Shown piece by piece: positions 12,826 through 23,211 of a stretch of DNA of 64,000 bases. Below the pieces are notes generated by a model, which had not been told where the DNA came from, made no database searches, and saw nothing but the letters and a program-made list of their open reading frames with translations. This DNA comes from Harriotta raleighana. Its lineage: Eukaryota. Numbering within the stretch: the first letter of the stretch is position 1; each line of letters begins with the position of its first letter. The stretch lies in NCBI GenBank assembly GCA_050575255.1, contig JBNZDD010013599.1:1863053-1927052 (forward strand). The letters run 5' to 3'. Both the position numbers and the translations under genes were made by a program.

Positions 12826-12929
12826 ACACGAAGCCCTCAGTAAATGCAGCAGCAGTGATTCTAAGATGTTACAAAAGCAGAGCAGGTGGGAATGGCAGTC
12901 TGGGAAGCAGAACAGCAAGAGATGTCGAA

Positions 12930-13295
12930 CACTGACAAGCAAGCAAAGGGCTCCTTGCCAACCACAGCCAGAGAGACAGATTGTGAAAGAGCTTGTTAGC
13001 AATCATGTTTAGGGAGACGGACCACAGAAAGGAGCTTTATAATAACCGCAGCTAAGAGAGAGACACAGCACGGAATAAAGCTTGATAAGCAAGCATGACT
13101 GGAGAGAGAGAGAGAGAGAGAGAGGGAGCGAGAGAGATCACGAAACAGAACTTGTTAGCAATCTCAACTGGAGGGACAGACTACGAAAGAGCGTCACAAG
13201 AAGTTTCACTAAAGAGATGGGCCACGGAAGGTGTTAGCTGTCTCCCATCCAGTGAGACAGAGTGAGTGTGAAAGGAATTCGATAGCAACAGGGGG
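12930..13295. repeat. Degenerate ~42-bp minisatellite (about 7-8 units) with internal (GA)n expansion
   Basis: Recurrent units resembling gagagacagaccacgaaagagcttgttagcaatc, e.g. at 12971, 13013, ~13056, ~13130, 13171. Confidence 0.7.
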
Positions 13296-13679
13296 GAAAT
13301 AGATTGCAAACGGAGGCAGAAAATAAATGCCACCGAACACCTTCTTTTACAATGTAGCCCGCAACAGGTTGCAATATAAAAACAAGGCAAAAGCAGGGCA
13401 GATAAGATTTCTAGGGGTTTTTTTTTTACTCTTATTGATTGCGAAGGCACCAAGGGTTGTTCTAAACAACCAGGACATTGTCTGAGTAAAGTGCCTTGCT
13501 CCTCTGCTCTCCGGCTGCTGTGTACTCTTCAGTTGGAAGCACACTGGAGGTCTGATCGTTGCAAGTTAGGACACATAAATTAAAAGCATGACTGGAACAG
13601 CCACAAGCCAGTTACAAAATAAGGACTGGTCCTCGTGAATGCTCAGTGGTTAGTCTGAAGCATGGTGATTGATGGGTTT

Positions 13680-13758
13680 GCGTGCGTGCGTGAGTGAGTG
13701 AGTGAGTGAGTGAGTGAGTGAGTGAGTGAGTGAGCGAGCGAGCGAGCGAGTGAGTGCG
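13680..13758. repeat. Compound tetranucleotide microsatellite (GTGC)n(GTGA)n(GCGA)n
   Basis: Seen directly. Confidence 0.95.
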
Positions 13759-13914
13759 TCTAGCTGGACACCTGCCTCACAAAAACAATGATGCCTGCGT
13801 TTAGAAATTGGTTAAAGAAAGATGATCGCCCATAAGCCTAAGCTGAGTGTTAATGGGTTGAGGGTAGACGGTGCGAAAGGAGGGTATTGCTACTTGACAG
13901 CATTGCAGCAAAAA

Positions 13915-14112
13915 CTACACCCGAGCCTCGTCAGGGATTCATCCAAGTACAGCTCTAGCAGGGAGCGAGGAGAGGGGAATCCCTTCCTTCTTTCCTCAAA
14001 TCCGGTATATCACTGAGTTGACTCAGCACAAAGTGAGGCTTGAACCTGGGACTGTCCTTCGTATGGTGAAGGCACTTGTTGGATAGGCTCAACGAGCTAT
14101 CAGGGAGAGCCC
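13915..14112 (-). mobile_element. Ancient tRNA-headed SINE relic (AmnSINE2-like; family name tentative)
   Basis: Minus strand ggctctccctgatagctc...ccatac...gtcccaggttcaagcc...tgtgctgagt...ccctgctag...ggctcgg; related to 50389-50642. Confidence 0.55.
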
Positions 14113-14333
14113 CCTTTGCATTTTGTAACAGCGTGGAGTAAACCAGGGTGATCTCTTGTTACTGCAGGGCTTTGGAGCGTGAATTCAAAGCAAAGTAGCT
14201 TGAATTGAAACACAAATAAACAAGTTGCAATGAACCAGATTGTGAGTCATCTCGGGCAAAGGGGCAACGTTTCACAGCGACTACCCCCCCCCCGGATCCA
14301 GAGAACAGCCCAATTTCGGTTTTCGGAGTAAGA

Positions 14334-17300
14334 AGGAACAAATAAACCCAACGCAATGAATTGACACAAAACGTTTTCGTAGTTGGCTTGGAGCTCGGTG
14401 GGCACCTCCTTCCAGCAGCAGCACTTTAAAAGCTTTTATAAATTAGCAAAAGCCCTGAAAAATGAGTGACACTGCCAGCCAGGAATTCAATAGCAAAGCA
14501 CTTGAGGATGATGAACGACAGTGTGACACAGGGTGTGAGTAACACGTCTGCCTTGCTCGGAACAGTTTGCCTGTGCCTTCATGTCGGGAGATTTATGTGG
14601 CATCAGTGGCTACGCTGGTAATTAATGAAGCTTTCTTGGCCTTTTATTAACACAAACAAGATGTACAAGGCAAGGAAAGGGAGCCGAGCAACAATGGGAG
14701 CGAGGCATTTCTTCAGAGGAACATCGGGGGGGGGGGGGGAAGAATATTTCCAGAGAGTTTGAATTTGCGAGGTTGGTTTGATGAATATAGCTTCATCCGG
14801 AGAGATTGAGCGTCCTTCAAAATGGGGGGGGTGGGGGGGAGGGAGGGTGGGGGGAGGTAATAGCTCTGAGGCATAGTTTGAAGTAGATTGGGGCTGAATT
14901 AAGATTAATAGGAGCCAAGCTATTGGCGTGATGTGAGCATCGTGATGAAAGCAGAGCAGCAGCAGAATGTGAATTACCTGCTTTACACTCAGTCCCTTGT
15001 GGACAACCCTAAGCTGTTGTTTTAGAAGCTAGCCATTCCATCTTAAAGGCCTTCGCAAAGCCCCCGGAGACCCTTTGGCAAAGGGAATTGGGAATCGACC
15101 ACCAGCCTGGTTCGGACCACCTATTACGAATGGGAAGCCTTGCCCGTGCTGCGACTTCACATGGATGAAACCAAACTGTTTCGGATGGGGATGAAGCTGA
15201 AGTTCAGTATAACATGTTCCCTGATGGATAACCATTAGAATGGATCGAGCAGGTTAGAAAAATGCATCTTTCTTTTGCAGCACGATATACTGTGCATGCA
15301 AATATAACTAGTAGTTGATTTACTTGGGTGAAACAGACATACAGCACTTGAATTCTTTTATACTGGAAAAAATAAGCTCCAAATCCTACATTTCTCTGTG
15401 CTGAACTGGGATCAGACCATGATTACATCCCAGTTAGTTTACCATATACTGTACTTACAGTATGTAGCCTTTTAATGTTTCAGGTTTGTAAGATACAGAT
15501 TTTATTGATGTTTAATATTAGAATTCGTTTCAACTTCAATTTTCTTTTCAGCATTTGGCGCTCAGAATCCAATGTGCCAACATCGCAAAGGCAGCGAGAA
15601 CGTTAGTGTGCACTGAATCATCGATTCTGGGACGAGGAACACAAACTGACTTGTGGAGTTCAACTTCAGCCAAGTAAACGCTCACAACATCAGAACGAGA
15701 AATTCTGCTGTTCTTATTTGTTCTGCTCTCTCAGTTTAGAAAGGTTGCAGTACACACTACACTGGGAAAACTCAGCCTCTCTGGTCTTTAATGATGAACC
15801 TTTGTTGTCTGAGACTCTTGTTCTGCTCTCTCTACATACCATCTAACTGATGAGTGCATTGAGATGTTCATCCTCCATAAAAAGGCATTTCAGAAATGCT
15901 AATTGTTGTATTTATTGGTTTTAATTCTTTAATCAGCTGAATATGGATTTGTCCACTGTTTAGTATATCTTTGCTGCTTTTGTTGTCACACGATAGGATA
16001 TCTATAGTTTAACGATCCCAGGATGCTGTTTGAAAGGAGAAGGTAACTTCCCCCCAGTGTCCTGCCCAACAATCCGCCAAATGAAATCTATGCCTCAAAT
16101 AAGAAAAACCTCAACCCAAAGTTTTTTAGATTGCACATCTTTGTTAAAGGGAAGCGCAATCTCGGGAATACGTCTTGTTGAAAGTGCACCCTTGTTTCAG
16201 AGAAGAAACGAATCTTGTGAGGGAGAATGAGTTTGCTCTATCAAAACACAATTGAACGCTATCGAGTCTTTCTGGTCTCCTGGACTTCGGGCAGCTTCAA
16301 ATTGAATAGCTGTGCAATTTCCGTCGCCGTCTGCAACTTCACAAATTGCCATTCACGTTGGTGACACATTAAAGGCTGGTATTGATCACAATTACTGGCT
16401 CTAATCCCATTCACACCACACGCGCACGTCCCTCAGAATGAGAAAGTCCTCTTGCAAACGAGATGACTGGCAACGCAAAATATCCCTGCAGCTGGAACAT
16501 ATAGAACACCCTCGCTTTTCGAGGAGCCTGACGGAGGAACGAACGATACATAATTGCCCACTGGATAAACGGTAGCTTCGTTTTGCGACCCTCGAAACGT
16601 GAAACCCGCTCCATTAAGGAAAAAAACCCTGGACCACTGCGAAGATCGAGCAAGAGCTTTCGAAACGACTTTGTTTTCTGCAATAAACAAAAGAACGTGC
16701 TACTTGATTAAGTCTCATTTTGTCAAGGAAAATTTGTTCTTTGGTGGGGTGGGGGGGGGGGGGCGGGCGGGGGTGGTGGGATTTGATCGAGGGCCCTCAT
16801 TCAACTTTTATCAGAGGGCAGAAATCGAAATGCTGCTGCGTAAATGGACATCCTGACAGAAGCACATTAAAAGGCTCGGATTCTAGTCTGTTCGTGGCGA
16901 TGGCAAAAAGACAAATTGTCCCATTAAAAACCTCGCTCGAGATTATTCTCATGTTGTCGAAGAATGCTTCCATTCCATTGTCTATTTCAAGGCTAGTGCA
17001 GTGGATCAGTGTCTATCCATGGCAGCTTTTGTTCTCTGGGCTTGCGATCGCTAGTGATTTAGGGCTGAATAGGCGGTTACAGAATATAGCTATCCGGGGG
17101 CTGTTTCTGAAATATAAGTAGGTGTGCAACAACATTGATAAGCTTCGTTGGGTATAACTGATACTTGCATATTTACTCTCTATTTATTGGTACACAGAAT
17201 TGTTCGACTTGCTCCATTTCTGAACTGTTCAATACCGGAACAAGAGGGGGAATCTTATGGCTCAATATGATTTCCATACCCAGACTGAACAGCCTAAAAT

Positions 17301-18542
17301 AATTATGAATCGTTGTCCTCCAAATGGGCAATTTTACATTGAGTTTTGTTTGAGGTTGAGATGGAAGAGAAAAAAAATCAAACTGTGATGAACATTATGT
17401 TCGTATGCGAACCATCAATTTGATTTCCAAATTCTTAGTTGGTATTTAATTTACCCAACAGGTCACCATAACAGTAAGAAAGATTGACCAACACACTATC
17501 CAATGCTTAGCAGAGTCAAGAGGCTGAAGACATGGTATTTAACTAACAGCACAGCCACCGACACACACAGAGAATTGCAGAGATTTTGAATTTAGATTCT
17601 AGGTAGACAGTAGATTGAGATGACAGACTGAAGGAAATTCCACAAGCTCGATCTGATTCATGGTTCTCGAGTGTATAAGTGATAAATTGCACAGGAGTGA
17701 ATTCAGGAGCGTCCTGTCTACGAAAAAGGTATTCTCCTCAGATCTGATCTCCTCAGTCTCCAATGCTTGTTACAGTAGAGAATTCTTAAATTCCCTACTT
17801 TCTGGCAGGCCTGACTCTCTCACCCACAGCAAATGAAAACCCACTTGGAAACTGTCTGCTACCTGCTGCTCACCATTCATTCTTTATTATGGCTTCATGG
17901 TGTATGCAAAGGCTCGCTGTTTGTTAAGAGTTTCACGGGAGAGGGTGTGTTACTGTTCATTAATCTCTGCGTTACATTTTGCCTCTTTCAGTCTGAATTT
18001 CCCGTGAGTCTGAAGATACGATTTTTTTTGTATTGTTTGACGGGGGTGAAAAATGTGATGGTTTCACATCATGTGATCAATGTGATCATCAAATCATATG
18101 AAAACGCGCATTTTTCAACCTCCTATATTGAATCTTGATAAAGCATTGGAATATCATGCAATGCTGTTCAATGTTGACACTCAGTTACATGATACAGCCA
18201 AGTATAACCTATACAATGCAGCTGAATGTTAAAATTGAATTGCATTTTTCAAGCCGCATTCTTTCTTTCATTCTTCTTCCATTCAGAATTTTCTGAGTTT
18301 GAGCACGGATGAAGAATACAGCTCCCTCCAACATAAGACAACATTGCATTTAATTCAGCCTGAGAAGAGCTTTGAACGCCGCCTGAATGAACCACATCAA
18401 GGTCAATTGAGACGCTTCAAAAGCATTTCACGGAATATATTATCAAGTGGATTGATTGTGTATTTTTGTGTATGGGCAAAACGCAGCAGCTATTTGCACA
18501 CAGCATGGATGCTTTGATATTGCCCAACACTCAGAGTTGGCA
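14334..18542 (+). repeat. Duplicated block, copy A
   Basis: Near-identical to 18544 onward at offset 4210; ends at N (18543). Confidence 0.97.
16008..16078 (+). mobile_element. DeuSINE core fragment (repeated in copies B, D and E)
   Basis: tttaacgatcccaggatgctgtttgaaaggagaagg...cccccagtgtcctgcccaacaat. Confidence 0.7.
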
Positions 18543-18543
18543 N

Positions 18544-21500
18544 AGGAACAAATAAACCCAACGCAATGAATTGACACAAAACGTTTTCGTAGTTGGCTTG
18601 GAGCTCGGTGGGCACCTCCTTCCAGCAGCAGCACTTTAAAAGCTTTTATAAATTAGCAAAAGCCCTGAAAAATGAGTGACACTGCCAGCCAGGAATTCAA
18701 TAGCAAAGCACTTGAGGATGATGAACGACAGTGTGACACAGGGTGTGAGTAACACGTCTGCCTTGCTCGGAACAGTTTGCCTGTGCCTTCATGTCGGGAG
18801 ATTTATGTGGCATCAGTGGCTACGCTGGTAATTAATGAAGCTTTCTTGGCCTTTTATTAACACAAACAAGATGTACAAGGCAAGGAAAGGGAGCCGAGCA
18901 ACAATGGGAGCGAGGCATTTCTTCAGAGGAACATCGGGGGGGGGGGGGGAAGAATATTTCCAGAGAGTTTGAATTTGCGAGGTTGGTTTGATGAATATAG
19001 CTTCATCCGGAGAGATTGAGCGTCCTTCAAAATGGGGGGGGTGGGGGGGAGGGAGGGTGGGGGGAGGTAATAGCTCTGAGGCATAGTTTGAAGTAGATTG
19101 GGGCTGAATTAAGATTAATAGGAGCCAAGCTATTGGCGTGATGTGAGCATCGTGATGAAAGCAGAGCAGCAGCAGAATGTAAATTACCTGCTTTACACTC
19201 AGTCCCTTGTGGACAACCCTAAGCTGTTGTTTTAGAAGCTAGCCATTCCATCTTAAAGGCCTTCGCAAAGCCCCCGGAGACCCTTTGGCAAAGGGAATTG
19301 GGAATCGACCACCAGCCTGGTTCGGACCACCTATTACGAATGGGAAGCCTTGCCCGTGCTGCGACTTCACATGGATGAAACCAAACTGTTTCGGATGGGG
19401 ATGAAGCTGAGGTTCAGTATAACATGTTCCCTGATGGATAACCATTAGAATGGATCGAGCAGGTTAGAAAAATGCATCTTTCTTTTGCAGCACGATATAC
19501 TGTGCATGCAAATATAACTAGTAGTTGATTTACTTGGGTGAAACAGACATACAGCACTTGAATTCTTTTATACTGGAAAAAATAAGCTCCAAATCCTACA
19601 TTTCTCTGTGCTGAACTGGGATCAGACCATGATTACATCCCAGTTAGTTTACCATATACTGTACTTACAGTATGTAGCCTTTTAATGTTTCAGGTTTGTA
19701 AGATACAGATTTTATTGATGTTTAATATTCGAATTCGTTTCAACTTCAATTTTCTTTTCAGCATTTGGCGCTCAGAATCCAATGTGCCAACATCGCAAAG
19801 GCAGCGAGAACGTTAGTGTGCACTGAATCATCGATTCTGGGACGAGGAACACAAACTGACTTGTGGAGTTCAACTTCAGCCAAGTAAACGCTCACAACAT
19901 CAGAACGAGAAATTCTGCTGTTCTTATTTGTTCTGCTCTCTCAGTTTAGAAAGGTTGCAGTACACACTACACTGGGAAAACTCAGCCTCTCTGGTCTTTA
20001 ATGATGAACCTTTGTTGTCTGAGACTCTTGTTCTGCTCTCTCTACATACCATCTAACTGATGAGTGCATTGAGATGTTCATCCTCCATAAAAAGGCATTT
20101 CAGAAATGCTAATTGTTGTATTTATTGGTTTTAATTCTTTAATCAGCTGAATATGGATTTGTCCACTGTTTAGTATATCTTTGCTGCTTTTGTTGTCACA
20201 CGATAGGATATCTATAGTTTAACGATCCCAGGATGCTGTTTGAAAGGAGAAGGTAACTTCCCCCCAGTGTCCTGCCCAACAATCCGCCAAATGAAATCTA
20301 TGCCTCAAATAAGAAAAACCTCAACCCAAAGTTTTTTAGATTGCACATCTTTGTTAAAGGGAAGCGCAATCTCGGGAATACGTCTTGTTGAAAGTGCACC
20401 CTTGTTTCAGAGAAGAAACGAATCTTGTGAGGGAGAATGAGTTTGCTCTATCAAACACAATTGAACGCTATCGAGTCTTTCTGGTCTCCTGGACTTCGGG
20501 CAGCTTCAAATTGAATAGCTGTGCAATTTCCGTCGCCGTCTGCAACTTCACAAATTGCCATTCACGTTGGTGACACATTAAAGGCTGGTATTGATCACAA
20601 TTACTGGCTCTAATCCCATTCACACCATACGCGCACGTCCCTCAGAATGAGAAAGTCCTCTTGCAAACGAGATTACTGGCAACACAAAATATCCCCGCAG
20701 CTGGAACATATAGAACACCCTCGCTTTTCGAGGACCCTGACGGAGGAACGAACAATACATAATTGCCCACTGGATAAACGGTAGCTTCGTTTTGCGACCC
20801 TCGAAACGTGAAACCCGCTCCATTAAGGAAAAAAACCCTGGACCACTGCGAAGATCGAGCAAGAGCTTTCGAAACGACTTTGTTTTCTGCAATAAACAAA
20901 AGAACGTGCTACTTGATTACGTCTCATTTTGTCAAGGAAAATGTGTTCTTTGGTGGGGTGGGGGGGGGGGGGCGGGCGGGGGTGGTGGGATTTGATCGAG
21001 GGCCCTCATTCAACTTTTATCAGAGGGCAGAAATCGAAATGCTGCTGCGTAAATGGACATCCTGACAGAAGCACATTAAAAGGCTCGGATTCTAGTCTGT
21101 TCGTGGCGATGGCAAAAAGACAAATTGTCCCATTAAAAACCTCGCTCGAGATTATTCTCATGTTGTCGAAGAATGCTTCCATTCCATTGTCTATTTCAAG
21201 GCTAGTGCAGTGGATCAGTGTCTATCCATGGCAGCTTTTGTTCTCTGGGCTTGCGATCGCTAGTGATTTAGGGCTGAATAGGCGGTTACAGAATATAGCT
21301 ATCCGGGGGCTGTTTCTGAAATATAAGGTAGGTGTGCAACAACATTGATAAGCTTCGTTGGGTATAACTGATACTTGCATATTTACTCTCTATTTATTGG
21401 TACACAGAATTGTTCGACTTGCTCCATTTCTGAACTGTTCAATACCGGAACAAGAGGGGGATCTTATGGCTTAATATGATTTCCATATCCAGACTGAACA

Positions 21501-22840
21501 GCCTAAAATAATTATGAATCGTTGTCCTCCAAATGGGCAATTTTACATTGAGTTTTGTTTGAGGTTGAGATGGAAGAGAAAAAAAATCAAACTGTGATGA
21601 ACATTATGTTCGTATGCGAACCATCAATTTGATTTCCAAATTCTTAGTTGGTATTTAATTTACCCAACAGGTCACCATAACAGTAAGAAAGATTGACCAA
21701 CACACTATCCAATGCTTAGCAGAGTCAAGAGGCTGAAGACATGGTATTTAACTAACAGCACAGCCACCGACACACACAGAGAATTGCAGAGATTTTGAAT
21801 TTAGATTCTAGGTAGACAGTAGATTGAGATGACAGACTGAAGGAAATTCCACAAGCTCGATCTGATTCATGGTTCTCGAGTGTATAAGTGATAAATTGCA
21901 CAGGAGTGAATTCAGGAGCGTCCTGTCTACGAAAAAGGTATTCTCCTCAGATCTGATCTCCTCAGTCTCCAATGCTTGTTACAGTAGAGAATTCTTAAAT
22001 TCCCTACTTTCTGGCAGGCCTGACTCTCTCACCCACAGCAAATGAAAACCCACTTGGAAACTGTCTGCTACCTGCTGCTCACCATTCATTCTTTATTATG
22101 GCTTCATGGTGTATGCAAAGGCTCGCTGTTTGTTAAGAGTTTCACGGGAGAGGGTGTGTTACTGTTCATTAATCTCTGCGTTACATTTTGCCTCTTTCAG
22201 TCTGAATTTCCCGTGAGTCTGAAGATACGATTTTTTTTGTATTGTTTGACGGGGGTGAAAAATGTGATGGTTTCACATCATGTGATCAATGTGATCATCA
22301 AATCATATGAAAACGCGCATTTTTCAACCTCCTATATTGAATCTTGATAAAGCATTGGAATATCATGCAATGCTGTTCAATGTTGACACTCAGTTACATG
22401 ATACAGCCAAGTATAACCTATACAATGCAGCTGAATGTTAAAATTGAATTGCATTTTTCAAGCCGCATTCTTTCTTTCATTCTTCTTCCATTCAGAATTT
22501 TCTGAGTTTGAGCACGGATGAAGAATACAGCTCCCTCCAACATAAGACAACATTGCATTTAATTCAGCCTGAGAAGAGCTTTGAACGCCGCCTGAATGAA
22601 CCACATCAAGGTCAATTGAGACGCTTCAAAAGCATTTCACGGAATATATTATCAAGTGGATTGATTGTGTATTTTTGTGTATGGGCAAAACGCAGCAGCT
22701 ATTTGCACACAGCATGGATGCTTTGATATTGCCCAACACTCAGAGTTGGCGAAGAGAAGAGTTTATTCCATCAGTTTAAGAGTTTAACCGATCGCAGCAT
22801 TACACAAACCTTGTCGTTTCACAGGAATGATAGATCACCG
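18544..22840 (+). repeat. Duplicated block, copy B
   Basis: Restarts at the sequence of 14334; bounded by N at 18543 and 22841. Confidence 0.97.
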
Positions 22841-22841
22841 N

Positions 22842-23210
22842 GAAGAGAAGAGTTTATTCCATCAGTTTGGCGTAGAATCAAAAGCCGCATCTCAAGACTA
22901 AAGTGAGCTAACCCATCGCAGCATTACACAAACCTTGTCGTTTCACAGGAATGATAGATCACCGTTCAAACTGTTCTTTAGAGTGGCGATGGACAGTCAT
23001 TACGTGAGTTAGCAGTCACAAGTGCCAAAATAAACTGGAAGAAGTCTGAATCAACAGTTTTGAGTCTATTCATGAAAGCCCAACTTGGCCCAGTTTCACT
23101 CACTTTTCAGTTCGGATGCGAATGCTCTGTGTGCTGCCATAACAGTTCCTCATTTGTTTTTTTTGTTTAAAAAAAGATTATTTTAAAACAGAGTTAGAAT
23201 AATTCACCTT
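22842..23210 (+). repeat. Short N-bounded piece C of the same locus, with a unique ~40-bp segment
   Basis: Matches 26495-26828 except for ggcgtagaatcaaaagccgcatctcaagactaaagtgagc at ~22869-22908. Confidence 0.93.
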
Positions 23211-23211
23211 N

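Noticed and set aside
12930-13295. CRISPR-like repeat/spacer array
   Set aside because: Vertebrate context, units degenerate along their whole length, no constant repeat with unique spacers, no cas genes
15401-15470. Two small hairpins (aactgggat/atcccagtt; atactgta/tacagtat)
   Set aside because: 8-9 bp stems are expected by chance in 64 kb of AT-rich DNA
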